Below, in pieces: positions 12,112 to 25,367 of a stretch of 64,000 nucleotides of DNA. A program made the position numbers and the translations under genes. Below the pieces are notes generated by a model that saw only the letters and a list, made by a program, of their open reading frames with translations, searched no databases and was not told the DNA's origin. The stretch's first letter is position 1. Each line of letters starts with the position of its first letter. This stretch comes from Octopus sinensis (Eukaryota), in the NCBI RefSeq assembly GCF_006345805.1, contig NC_043000.1, positions 132,990,001-133,054,000 on the forward strand, in the 5' to 3' direction.

Positions 12112-12287
12112 TAGGCGCAGGAGTGGATGTGTGGTAAGTAGATTGCTAACCAACCACATGGTTCCGGGTTCAGCCCCACTGCGTGGCATCTTGGGCAAGT
12201 GTCTTCTGCTATAGCCCCGGGCCGACCAATGCCTTGTGAGTGGATTTGGTAGGTAGACGGAAACTAAAAGAAGCCTGTCGTATATAT

Positions 12288-12325
<38 letters not shown>

Positions 12326-12540
12326 ATTTGAGTGTCTGTGTTTGTCCCCCTAGCATTGCTTGACAACCGATGCTGGTGTGTTTACGTCCCCGTCACTTAG
12401 CGGTTCGGCAAAAGAGACCGATAGAATAAGTACTGGGCTTACAAAAGAATAAGTCCCGGGGTCGAGTTGCTCGATTAAAGGTGGTGCTCCAGCATGGCCG
12501 CAGTCAAATGACTGAAACAAGTAAAAGAGTAAAGAGAGAG
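12112..12540 (+). mobile_element. SINE family A
   Basis: Full head-to-tail match to 7521-7925. Confidence 0.85.
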
Positions 12541-12630
12541 TATATATACACACACACACATATATATATATATACACACACATGCCACCGGCACGGGTGC
12601 ATTTATGTGCCACCGGTACACCACATATAT

Positions 12631-12661
<31 letters not shown>

Positions 12662-12716
12662 CATATATATATCTACATCTATATCTATATCTATCTATCT
12701 ATCTATATATACACAC

Positions 12717-12753
<37 letters not shown>

Positions 12754-12757
12754 ACTA

Positions 12758-12791
<34 letters not shown>

Positions 12792-12930
12792 CATATATTG
12801 AATACCTGTCTCTAATCTATATAAATTTATATATATATATATACATACACACACACATATATATATATACATATACACATACATATATTTACATACATTC
12901 ATATATATATACATATATATTATATGCAGT
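12540..12930. repeat. (TA)/(CA) microsatellite with a short SINE B fragment
   Basis: Direct reading; GCCACCGGCAC motifs at about 12583-12620. Confidence 0.85.
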
Positions 12931-13643
12931 TACATGCATATGTGTATTTTATTTTTGTATCTGTCTCCCCCTCTCTCGCTTCCATATATGTTGCTTTTAC
13001 TTAATTTTGTCCTCTTCACACCACAACAAAGTTCAAATGTGAGTATACATACACATACACACCCGCCACACACACACACACACATACATATATACATACA
13101 CAAACACATACATGCATGCACACATATTACATGCATGTGTGTGCTCTCTCTCTCTCTCTCTCTTCCATATATGTTGCTTTTGTTTAATTTTGTTACTTTT
13201 TGTCCTCTCCACACCACAACAATTTTCCTTTGTACATTTAATGGCTATAATAAAAATCAATTGGAATGAGCAAAGGAAAGCAAATCAAAATAGAAATTTA
13301 AATATGATGTTAGCCAAGTGGTTTGACCACTGGTGTGAATTAAGAGGGATAGGTGCATCTGACAATATTCCAGAACAGATTAGCGATCACTGCTGCAGTG
13401 CTTCAATAGCCCCTCAATCTATCATAGTTATGTCCTAGTTTCAGATCCCAAGAGAGATCAACTTTTATTGCTAATGTTCTTGAGGAAAGCATTAATGCTA
13501 CCCTGCAATGTCTAAATAAAATGACAATACTTTAGTACAGGCCAATACTTCATGTTAGTTTAGGAGCTCATAATCTTTTCTTCTCTAGGCACAAGACCCG
13601 AAATTGGAGGGGATAACAGTTGATTAAATCGACCCTAGTACAC

Positions 13644-14017
13644 AACTGGTACTTAATTTATCAACCTCCAAAAGGATGAAAGGTAAAGTCAACCTCGGCG
13701 GAATTTGAACTCAGAACGTAAAAATACTTACATACATCAGTGGCATAACTAGCATGTGTGCCAGCCAGGGAAGCCCTGAATTTTCCACCCTGCCCCCTAT
13801 ATAGGCTTATACAGTATAGGCTTATACCCTATATAGACAAATATGTAACTGGTATTTAATTTATCGACCCCCCAAAAGGTTGAAAGGCAAAGTCGACCTC
13901 GGCGGAATTTGAACTCAGAATGTAAAAATACTTACATACATCAGTGGCATAGCTAGTACATGTGTCAGCCAGGGAAGCCCTGAAATTTCCACCCTGCTCC
14001 ATATATAGGCTTATATA
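13644..14017. repeat. Tandem duplication (203-bp period) of a SINE N fragment plus adjacent sequence
   Basis: AACTGGT...CAGTGGCATA...GGCTTATA repeats at 13644 and 13847. Confidence 0.8.
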
Positions 14018-14149
14018 GCAGACCTAAATGTGCTGCCTCCATAAAACCATCACTCAGGGCAAACTGTTCCCCATGTCCCATTCCTGACACTCTACAGCCA
14101 TATGTCCACTTTGGACAGATTTATGTAACAACAGCTTCTGTGTAATATG

Positions 14150-14310
14150 TTCAAACCGTAAGGTGGTGTTCAAATTCCGCCGAGGTCGACTTTGCCTTTT
14201 GTCCATTCGGGGTTGATAAATTAAGCACCAGTTGCGTACTGGGGTTGATCTAATCAACTGCACCCTCCACAAAATTTCAGGCCTTGTGCCTAGAGCAGAA
14301 AAGAATATGT
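14150..14310 (+). mobile_element. SINE family N fragment
   Basis: GTTCAAATTCCGCCGAGGTCGACTTTGCCTTT...GATAAATTAAGCACCAG. Confidence 0.7.
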
Positions 14311-15296
14311 TCATACAGTAAATAAATAGCATCTTTTCTTTTTATCTTTTGCTTGTTTCAGTCATTAGACTATGGCCATGCTGGGGCACCGCCTTGAAGA
14401 ATTTTAGCTTGCCTCAAATATTTGGTGTTTTTTGGAGATCACAGGGAAGTATCTGCAAGATATCTTATGTGAAAATATATCCACTGATTAGGCAATATTA
14501 CCTTGCTTGGAAAGAGGTGATGTTTAGCAACGGGAAAGGCATTCAGCTGTAGAAAATTAGCCTCAACAAATTTTGTTAAACCAATGCAAGCATGGGAAAG
14601 TCGACATAAAAAAAAAATAATGATGATAATGATAATAGTGCTCATGTGGAGTCAAGTTATCATATAAAGCTTGTAACAATCACAAAATTATTATAAATGT
14701 GTGCTGGAAATAAGAGCAGTGATGGGAGAACAGCCACTTTGCTGTATTGCTTCCATCATCACTGCATTAACTCATACATTAGCGATGTTGTTTTACCCAT
14801 GGGACCATAAGACAGCAGCACTACACGCTAATGAAATACTCATAAATTATACACTCTCCTTGCAATTTACAGATGTAGACAGTATCGTGTGGTTTGATGG
14901 AATGGGTTTATCAATAGTTAAGTGCCATTAATGAGAACATAGCACAACATCAGTGAAGGGATATGAACTGTCGACTTCTTTTATATTGCAGTCTTTTAGT
15001 TTGTTGTAGCTCAATAGAAACATCATTATCATCATCGGTTTTTTTTTGTCTGCTTTCAATGTTTGCATGGGTCAGACAAAATTTATTGAGGAACATTTTC
15101 TATATTTGGATGCCCTTCTTGTAGCTAACCTTCACCCATTTCTAATCAAGGTAATATTTACCCAAGGTACCATGCAGGAAACTGATCCCAAACCATGCAG
15201 TTAAGAAACAAATTTCTTAACTACATTACCATGTCTACACCTATACTAAAGCATATACCAAAAACAATTCATAGATTTTACAATATAAATGTATAA

Positions 15297-15458
15297 GGCG
15301 TAGGAGCGGCTATGTGGTAAGTAGCTTGCTTACGAACCACATGGCTCTGGGTTCAGTCCCACTGCATGGCACCTTGGGCAAGTGTCTTCTATTATAGCCT
15401 TGGGCCGACCATAGCATTGTGAGTGGATTTGGTAGATGGAAACTGAAAGCCCATTGTA

Positions 15459-15513
<55 letters not shown>

Positions 15514-15835
15514 GTATGTATGTATATATATGTATATATGTATATATATGTATATATATGTATATATATGTATATATATATGTATATATGTATATATATG
15601 TATGTATGTGTGTGTATATGTTTGTGTGTCTGTGTTTGTCCCCCCAACATCGCTTGACAACCGATGCTGGTGTGTTTACATTCCCGTAACTTAGCGGTTC
15701 AGCAAAAGAGACCGATAGAATAAGTACTAGGCTTACAAAGAATAAGTCCTGGTGTCAATTTGCTCGATCGACTAAAGGCGGTGCTCCAGCATGGCCACAG
15801 TCAAATAACTGAAACAAGTAAAAGAGTAAAAGACT
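15297..15835 (+). mobile_element. SINE family A with expanded internal (TA)/(TATG) tract
   Basis: Head and tail match family A. Confidence 0.85.
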
Positions 15836-16014
15836 AAGTGCAAGAACCCTACAAAACAGCAAGTTCCAGTAGGAAATGTCAATTTAGTCACACACACACA
15901 CACACATACACACACACACCAGTATAGTTGCTATTATCTCCATTCTCAAAAAATTCTTTTAGTATCTGCAAGTTAACATGTCTCTGGTGTATGAGAGCAT
16001 TACAAAATTTTATG

Positions 16015-16390
16015 CATGTGTGGCTGTGTGGATAGGCACAGTCATAAGGTGGTTCAAAAGATTGCTTCCCAACCATGTGGTCTTGGGTTCATTCCCACTG
16101 TGTGGCACATGGGGCAAGTGTCTGCTACTACAGCCTAAGTCAATGGAAACTGAAAGAAGCCTGTGTGTGTGTATGTGTGTGTACGCACAGTGTGTGTCTT
16201 TGTGTTTGTCCCCCTACCATTACTTGACAACCGGTGGTGGTTTGTTTACTGTCCTGTAATTCAGCACAGAGACTGATAAAATAAGTACTAGGCTTAAAAA
16301 ATAAGCACTTGGGTCCATTTGTTAAATTCAACACTTCAAAGCAGTGCCCCACGATGGACGCAGACCAAGGATCACAAGTAAAAAGAAAAG
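16015..16390 (+). mobile_element. SINE family A (diverged, internally deleted)
   Basis: Family A motifs are recognisable throughout. Confidence 0.65.
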
Positions 16391-16936
16391 GGAAAAAAAG
16401 TATAATCCCAAAGATGGCCAGGGCATGTTCCACATCTTTCAAATAAAATATAAAAATTCTGCTAGAAGCTTCTAATCAAAAGTTACTCAATGAAAGTACA
16501 AGAGAAATGATGTTGTACTTTGTAGTAAAGAACAAAGATTATGCATTGTTATGAAGGTCAACTGACCAACAGCTGTTAATTCGTGTCATATAAAGTGAAC
16601 TAATACAGCTTTGGAACCCAAATTATAGATTTTTTTTATTTTTTCCTCTGTCACCCAAACTATTAATCCAATAAATTACATAACAAAATATTGATGTAAT
16701 AAACAAAAATAAAAATGTATTCTAACAAAACAAAATAATAACAAATAAATAAAACAAGACACAGTATCATATGACATAGACTGACTTAGTCTTGAAAAAT
16801 CTGTAAAATATTTAAGATATCTTTAGTTTGAATTCACACACATATGCATGCACCTATCTGTCTGTCTGTCTGTCTATCTATCAATCTATCCATCCATCCA
16901 TACCTCCCTCCCTCTCTATACATGTGTGTGTGTGTA

Positions 16937-17306
16937 TTTTTACCTCTGCTTTAGCAAAGGCGGAGGTATTGTTATCAGTTGTGTTTGTTTGTTTGTCCAT
17001 GGACAAGGTATCTCAAGAATCGCTGCATGGATTTGGATGAAACTTTCAGGGATGCTTGGCTTCCTGATTGGCACGAACTGATTAGATTCTGGGATCGATC
17101 CAGTACCAGACAAGGATTCTGGATTATTTTTCCATTCTTTTTACCTAATTTTTGAGAGCATTCGGATTCATTTTTAATATTCTCGTTTGTGAGAGCAGTC
17201 AAGTTTATTTTAGATATTCTCATTTTAAAAATCATCTCTGGCTAATCATTGAGAGGATGTTGGTGTTACCTTGGTGGAGGTTTGTACTCTCTCAGTGCTC
17301 TTATTG
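16937..17306 (+). mobile_element. DINE-1/Pearl-like (Helentron-associated) non-autonomous element
   Basis: 5' inverted repeat TACCTCTGCTT / AAGGCGGAGGTA, then (GTTT)n, then 3' subterminal GGTGGAGGT and TCTCTCAGTGCTCTT; a second copy lies at 56121-56756. Confidence 0.7.
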
Positions 17307-17587
17307 TATGTTTGTTTTTATGTCAAGTTATATGAAAGCAATTTAACATTAAACTGAAGAATCACTCAATACTTTTACTAGAGTACATGTTTATTAAACA
17401 TTTACAAGGCAAAGCTTGGCAGTGACTTTGAAGGATTTTTTCTGGTGATAATAAATGAGATTCTAGAGTAGTTGAATTGAATCAGCACTTTTTAAAACAA
17501 GAAATAACAGCAGAAGATTCTGTTACAGAGGTCATGAATAGCACACATAATAGACAAGTCTTAGTTTGCTGTGACAGAAAACAAATC

Positions 17588-17970
17588 ACCATCATCATCG
17601 TTTAACGTCTGCTTTCCATGCTTGCATGGGTTGGACGATTTGACTGAGGACTGGCAAACCAGATGGCTGCACCAGGCTCCAATCTCAATCTGGCAAGAGT
17701 TTCTACAGCTGGATACCCTTCCTAATGCCAACCACTCCAAGAGTGTAGTGGGTGCTTTTACATGCCACTGGCACGAGGGCCAGTTAGGCAGTACTGACAA
17801 CGGCAACGCTTATATGGTGTTTTTTACATGCCACCTGCACAGGAGCCAGTCCAGTGGCACTGGCAACGACCTCGCTTGAATGTTTTTCATGTGCCACCAG
17901 CACAAGTGCCAGAAAATGACGTTGATAATGATCACACTCCAATGGTGCTTTTTACATGCCACAGCACGGA
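17588..17970 (-). mobile_element. SINE family B
   Basis: Core plus internal subrepeats. Confidence 0.75.
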
Positions 17971-18371
17971 AAATACATTAAAAAAATTGTGTATGTTAGC
18001 TGTCCAATGAAATGAATGATACATCACCAGTGTGAAAGAGAATATTTTGGTCAGCTGTTGTAGAAACTGAAACGAGCATACACCAAAAATCAGGTTATTT
18101 TATGTCATTATTGAATGTTAAACACACTAACTTCGAAGTTTTATACAAAGAATATAAATAGCTGATCTAATTAAGTTTAATGTTAACTTACTTTCTGCAC
18201 AGATAAAATTATGCAAAATATTAGAAAAGTGTGAAATTTAATTGAAGTTATTGCAGTGTAAATTACCAACAAATAAGATATATTCCTGTTTGGTTGAATG
18301 AACTTAACAAAATAAAGAAATATAACACTGCACACGCACATGCACAAACACATACCCATACAAAAGTATGC

Positions 18372-18520
18372 ATGCATGCATGAATACATACATACATACA
18401 TACATACATACATACATACATACATACATAGCATACATACATACATACATACATACATACATACATACATACATACATACATACATACATACATACATAC
18501 ATACATACATACAAACAAAC
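18372..18520. repeat. (ATAC)n tetranucleotide repeat
   Basis: Direct reading. Confidence 0.95.
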
Positions 18521-18759
18521 AAAATAGATATCATAGAAACAGAACGAGAAATTTAAATTCATTTATAGTTGTATTCACATCTAAGATATCTAATAGAAAT
18601 ATTGATTTTGAGCTTTTGCACAGGACCAGCTATTTCAGGGTGGGGTGGAGTGGAGTGGGGACCCAAGTCAATCAACTGGTACTTATTTTATCAACTCCAA
18701 AAGGATGAAAGGCAAAGCCAACCTCAGCAGAATTTGATACTTTATAGACATATTAAACT

Positions 18760-18793
<34 letters not shown>

Positions 18794-18948
18794 TCTTCTT
18801 CTTCTTCTCCCCCTCCTCCTTCACCACCACCACCACCACCACCATCATTACGCATGCTTGACTGTTTATTTTCTCACCCTTGGAAAGATGAAAAGCAAAA
18901 TTAACTTTGGTAGGTTTTGAGCTGTGTGTGTGTGTGCATGTTTGTTTG

Positions 18949-18987
<39 letters not shown>

Positions 18988-19355
18988 TTCTGTGTGCATG
19001 TGGTTAAGAAGGTTCTCTTTCTGACCTTGTGAGTCCAGGTTCAGTTCCACTGCATAGTCTTTGGGCAAATGTCTTCTATAGCCTCAGGCTGGTTAAAAAC
19101 CTTAGAAGAGGATTTAGCAAATGGAAACTGTAAGAAGCCAGTCATATCTGTATGTAGTTTATTTTACTTGTTTGTTGCATCCTGCTTTGTAGTTTAAATG
19201 AATGTCAACATCATAAAATGGTGTCATTTAGTTCCAATCTTCCATGAGAACAATTCCAGTTTTGGGGAAATATTACTGTAATTGAGGATGAGATTTGGCA
19301 ACAGGAATAGCATCTGACAGTAGAAAAAAATCTACCTTACCAAATAAACACACAC

Positions 19356-19393
<38 letters not shown>

Positions 19394-19871
19394 CCTCTCT
19401 CTTCTCTTCACACATGACTGACTGGCCGACTACTGGCCTTTTGGCTCTGGCAGCGGACATGGTAACATCAACATTTTTTTTCTCTGCCGCAAAGCACATT
19501 CCTAACACGCCAGCTGAGTTCAATTCGTCTAAGTTGAAAGACGCCTGTTGTGATGTCCTGTTATTGTTATTATTATTAATTTATTATAATTATTATTGTT
19601 GTTGTTTTTTCGTATTATTTTTGTATTCATATTCGTGTAACATGTCCGTTTTTCCTTCCTTGTTTCATATCCATTCAAAGCTTTTTTCCAAGGAATCTAA
19701 TTCGTTTAGCTAAGTTTTTCCTTGGGGCTGGCCAGATTGGAGCAATCTCAAGATTAATCAGCCGAAATTGTGAGGATGATCCGGTTCTTGACTGAAGATT
19801 GAAGGCTTCAAATGACCCATTCATGTTTTTTGTCTCGTCTTCTGAATGTTTTGCGTTCTTGTCCTATTTTG

Positions 19872-19918
<47 letters not shown>

Positions 19919-20098
19919 ACAGCAAAAATACTCAGAATTAAGTAACAATATTAATATCGATACAAATATTCAATTCTGAATATTTTTGCTGCTGATTAGT
20001 ACTTTCACACTGAGGCTGTCCACATTTTGGTGCTAAGCAATTAAGGATGCCAGAAGATATCAACGTGCCGGACTGGGAAGATGTTTCTAAGAGTTAAG

Positions 20099-20149
20099 AT
20101 GTGCTGAAGAAGGTAAGAACTTTGTGTCAAACCAGAAACTGGTCCACAT
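20099..20149 (+). ncRNA. Putative minimal type I hammerhead ribozyme motif (Penelope-type, partly decayed)
   Basis: ATGTG-CTGAAGA-AGGT(16 nt)ACCA-GAAA-C-TG-GTC-CACAT: core boxes, stem I ATGTG/CACAT, stem II GGT/ACC, and a two-base-pair stem III before a GUC site. Confidence 0.5.
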
Positions 20150-21401
20150 ATATTCCTGTTTCATTAAATATATAGCTTTATGCTATAATGGTATGTGAGA
20201 GATCTTATTTTGGCTTGCTCACCCGTATACTGTTATTTTCAGTGAAATTTTTGGTGGTTTTAACTCTTATTTCTAGCGGGTAGACACTTCAATGTGTCCT
20301 TTGTTTAAGCAAGGTAGAAGATACCATCATGCTTGATGCCATCATTTAGGCCCTTGGTTAGCTTCATTTTTGTATATCTAAGATTACATTGACCAATGTG
20401 TACTTCTCTTTCCCCAAGACAGTAGAATGTAACTTGAGGAAGATTTTGCTGTTATTTCTAACAAGATGAGCAACCATCTAAAGGCATACCTATTTCTTTG
20501 AAGTCACTGTCAACAACATTCTTGTATATATATATCTATATATATATATATATGCACATGTGCACACACACACACACACAAACATGTGTATGTATGTATG
20601 TATGAGTGTGTGTATACATGTCTCCTTGTTCTGACATTGATGGTTGTTATAAATGAATGTCGTTCATTTCCAATATTCTGCAAAAATACGTCTGGCCTTG
20701 AGGAAACATTATCTTGCTTAGAAACACGCAAGGATTGACAACAGGAAGGGCATTTGGCCATAGAAAATATGCCTCAATAAACTCTGACCCATGCAATCAT
20801 TGGAAAGTGGATGTTAAAAAACATGATGATGATAATGATGATGATGATGAAGCTGAAAAGGATGAAAGGCAGAGTTGACTTTAGAGATATTTGAACTCAA
20901 AGTCCAGGGAGTCAGAACAAATACTGCAAGACCTTCTGTCCAATTCTCTAATAACTCTGCCAGTTTTCATCTTTATTGGATAAATTGTTTCTAAAGAAGA
21001 CCTGTCTTTGATCATAAGCTTGTTCAAACAGAACTGACTTGGGGCTTAATCAACAACTGTGCCCCCTCCTCTCTCTCTCTCTTTCTTTCTATCCTCAAAA
21101 TTCCCTGTTTTTACTTTACTTTCAAAGAGGCTGAGATAATCTCAAGTACCTCCTCAAATTTTGAGCTGAAGGCTACCAAAATGGCTTCAAAAGTTAAAAT
21201 GTCCGAATTAAATGGTTTTACATGGTTTACATATACTAGATGAAAAATATACAAAGAACATAGGACTTTCATAATTATAGCCAAAGTGGGGGATGGTGGT
21301 TCCATTATCAAATTTATTATTTAGAAGTTAGACATTCATATCAATATGGAATTTAATAACAAAAGACTTTTTGTCTTTGTTTAAGCAAGGTAGAAGATAC
21401 C

Positions 21402-21638
21402 TATTTCTTTATTACCCACAAGGGGCTAAACATAGAGGGGACAAACAAAGACAGACATAGGTATTAAGTCGATTACATAGACTCCAGTGCGTAACTGGTA
21501 CTTAATTTATCAACCCCGAAAGGGTGAAAGGTAAAGTCAACCTCGGCAGAATTTGAACTCAGAACGTAACGGCAGACAAAATACCGCTAAGCATTTCGCC
21601 CGGCATGCTAACGGTTCTGCCAGCTCGCCGCCTTAGAG
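21402..21638 (-). mobile_element. SINE family N with a 14-bp target-site duplication
   Basis: TSD AGGTAGAAGATACC at 21388-21401 and 21639-21652. tRNA-like head AGGCGGCGAGCTGGCAGAA...GTTCTGAGTTCAAATTC. Central ACTTTACCTTTCACCCTTTCGGGG motif resembles the Nin/Deu-type domain (recall). Confidence 0.85.
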
Positions 21639-22147
21639 AGGTAGAAGATACCATCATGCTTGATGCCATCATTTAGGCCCTTGGTTAGCCTCATTTGAGC
21701 AAATCCATGATCAAAGGTGTTCCTGACATGGCCAGCCTCTCTTTTCGTATATCTAAGATTACACTGACCAATGTGTACTTCTCTTTCCCCAAGACAGTAG
21801 AATGTAACTTGAGGAAGATTTTGCTGTTATTTCTAACAAGTTGAGCAACCACCTAAAGGCATACCTTCAGGTGTGTGTGTGTGTGTGTGTTTATGTGCAT
21901 GTGTACATGCATATGTATACATGTGGGTATGTGAAGGCATCATTTTCACTTCTTTACTTGAGCTAAAAATGGTGACATCATGTTTACATTTCTGGTGAAC
22001 AGCTTGTCCTATAAGCTCTGCAGTTTTGAAGTTTAATGAAATATAAAAATATTCTTTACTTGCAAAACAGGTAATGGTAAGAAGCAACAATAAAAACATC
22101 CAGCTGTAAAATATCACCTCAAATAAGTATCTGTTGTACTTATACCG

Positions 22148-22390
22148 TGGAGGCATGTGGCTTAGTGGTTAGGGTGTCAGCACCATGCTTGTAAGATAGT
22201 GGTTTCAATTTCTGGACTGGGCGACGCGTTGTGTTCTTGAGCAAAACACTTCACTTCACATTGCTCCAGTCCACTCAGCTGGCAAAAATGAGTAACACTG
22301 TGATGGACTGGCATCCAGTCCAGCTAGGGAACAGATACACCATAGAAACCGGGAAACCGGGCCCATGAGCCTGGTTAGGCTTTAAAAAGT
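22148..22390 (+). mobile_element. OR-like CORE SINE
   Basis: GGAGGCATGTGGCTTAGTGGTTAGGG head; GTTCTTGAGCAAAACAC core. Confidence 0.7.
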
Positions 22391-24654
22391 ACAATATAAA
22401 TTTATTTATTTATATTGTACTTATACCAGTATAGAAACAAACAAGTGATTGAGCAAACAATAATTGTACCATGGAGTACATAATTCAAAATGTTCTTTTT
22501 AAACCTTTTCTTACAATAATTTTGTTGAAATACCCTACTTTTATTTCAATTAATTTTGAAAATAAACAAGAATTTTGTCATTATCAAATGATTTATTAAT
22601 ATTAATGCTTATTAATATAAAATGTTGATGGAATATTTTAATTTAGATAATTTTAGAAAAGGAAGTTCATTTAATGGAATCAGGAATAGTCTCAGACAGG
22701 TTCGTATTGAAAGGATTATGACAGTAAAGGATAGTGTGTCAAAGGAGAAATCAGTTGTTATTTCTAGCCAGTCATGCTGGCTGTAGATGTAAATTACATG
22801 TAAAATTAGAGCTTATGAATCTGAGAAAGCGAAAGATTGTGGAAAAATGAGCAGCTGGTAGTGAGATATTGATGAATGCTTACAACCTTGAATAGTTCAA
22901 CTCTGATATGAAGAAAAAGAAAATGATGAGAATGATGTATTACGGACAATAAAATGGTATGAGTTGGGTAAGAGTAATAAGAGCAAAGACAAGCCATGAA
23001 AGTGCCAAACAATGTAGACATACAAGCTGGAGACATGCTTTGCAGACATGCTAGTCTGCAGACAATTGTCTGCTTATAATAAAAGGGCATGATTGTATCA
23101 GCTCCTGATAAAAATAATGACTCACAGAATGGCAACTGAAGTATTTAGCTTCTTAGATTAGCATAAAAAAAGAAAAGAACTGAAAATGGTTAAATAGGTT
23201 CAGACACATTTATGAAATTTATTAAAAGCAAAAAGAATGTAAAAAACAGAAAAAGTGGCCACTAGAAAATAGTGTTGTGTTAACACTAGTCTGATAGTTT
23301 GATATGTTAAAAGACAAATAAACCAAAAGAAGAGATAAGCAGATAGACAGAAAGATAGATGGAAACCTGGAGAGAGTGACATGTCAGAGACAGAGAGAGA
23401 GGGGGGTGAGAGATCACACAAAGAACAAAGAAATCAAAAACAATACACATAAATAGACAGACCCATATACACATGAGAGAAAGAGATACATAGATAATAA
23501 CATAGAAAGCCTGAATAATAATAGAATGATTAACTATATTAAATGTATACATCTAGCTGCATAATGAACTGTTGGATGGGTAGACAGACATACAGACAGA
23601 CAACCTACTCTTCTCATTCTGCTTGACTGATTGGCTGCTTGGCTGATTGGATTAATCAATTGATCACTGGTTCAATGGATTGATAATTTTCTAATGCATA
23701 AAATTTTTTGGTAGAAATTCGTAAACAAGAGAAAATTCGAGAACAGTTGCAGCAATAGACCACGTGTAAGTAAATTTCATCAATGTCCATCAAATAAAAA
23801 AAGATCGCAATAATAAGTGAATAAACCTAATTGGTTTCACATAATTTCCTTCTGTTTATAAACTTGTAAGCCTATTGGTAAATAAATCAATTCTATTTTA
23901 TTTCATCATGGTTATCTATTTAAACAAGAAGAATAGATTTAATAATTAGCTCAGATCATTCAAATATTGACAGGTACCCCCTTCTCTTTTGACCAGACAA
24001 GAAAAGATATTGTGAAAGTTATGTAAATATTATGTGAAATTAATGAAGATATTATCAAAAGTTAATATAACTGGTGCAGATAATCAATATAAGCCAATTG
24101 GTTGGTTTCTGAACCTTTCATGAAAAACAAAACTGAAAAGTCAAAAAAAATTTTTTTTTTTTTAAATATTTTAAAGTATTAAAAAATGTATTTATATTCT
24201 GCTTTGAAACTTTTGTTGACACAAAATATAACAAATTTGAAGTCTATGATGTCCCTGGAGGGAAAACTAGTTTATAGCATAAAGACCTTACAGTACTTAA
24301 TTCCTTGATGATGTCTAGTCTAGGTTAATAAACAATTTATGTAATTGGTAAAACAATCATATTGATGAATTATAAATCATGTATGATTTTCTCTTGGTAT
24401 TTTGGTGTTAGACAGGTTTATGTTATAAATGCTAACATCTGTTAACTTCCCTCTGAGTCCAGTTAGAAATTAGCAATTATCCCTAATAACCTTGTTTTCA
24501 TCTAATATTCTCCTCATCTAACTAATATTAGTCCACTCAGTTTAAATTAAGCCGATTTTGCTTTTAGACTACTACCTTGAAGATTTGATTCCGAATTACT
24601 CTCTGAGATGTTCTGTTATCTGTAGACTTATTGGGGCAGCACTGATAGTTTTGT

Positions 24655-25080
24655 ATTCATGGCATACCTTTCCTTCTTGGGACACAAAATCCGCTTGCGA
24701 AGACCTGTTGAGACAAGTGAAATTGAAATCAAATTCAAAATCAATCAAAAATCAATGGAAATTGTAGTTGTGATACCAGTGCCGGTGGCATGTAAAAGAA
24801 CCATCCGAACATGGCCGTTGCCAGTGCCGCCTCGACTGGCCTCCGTGCCGGTGGCACGTAAAAACCACGAACCGATCGTGGCCGTTGCCAGCCTCGCCTG
24901 GCGCGTAAAAAGCACCCACTACACTCAAGGAGTAGTTGGCGTTACGAAGGGCATCCAGATGTAGAAATACTGCCAGATCGAACTGGGCCTGGTGCAGCCT
25001 CCTGGCTTCCCAGACCCCAGTTGAACTGTCCAACCCATGCTAGCATGAAAAGCGAATGTTAAACGATGATGATGATGATG
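24655..25080 (+). mobile_element. SINE family B, longer copy
   Basis: GTGGCACGTAAAAA subrepeats, core and (GAT)n tail. Confidence 0.7.
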
Positions 25081-25367
25081 TCATCAACATTTAACCAGTG
25101 TGCCAAACAGAGACTATTTCTTTCTAATCTAAATACATAGAAGGCTTTGTGTTCAGAACCGTAAATTAATGAAATATATGTATACAGTAACTTTACTGTA
25201 TATAGTGTTGAACAGTTGTTGTCTTACAATAGATCAGCTCTCATTAAACATTAAACAGAGTTTTAATCAAAAGCATTTAATATGGTGTATATCAAAATAC
25301 TATGTAACTACATAATGTCTAGCTACATATCAAACAAATCTATGATCAAAGTTATTTGTGTACAATA

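Noticed and set aside
10185-13042. Many YI/IY-repeat ORFs (also 15310-15694, 37432-37995, 60563-60862)
   Set aside because: (TA)n and (CA)n translations.
13330-13500. Minus-strand RT-like relic; similar LINE-like scraps at 22800-23140 and 43070-43330
   Set aside because: Motif matches were too fragmentary to support without an alignment.
23712-23762. Plus-strand 51-nt exon-like segment (AG...GTAAGT)
   Set aside because: Isolated, with no partner exon or recognisable peptide.
24558-24767. 69-aa ORF after a good plus-strand acceptor
   Set aside because: Its 3' half runs into the 5' part of a SINE B-type repeat; no donor or homology support.
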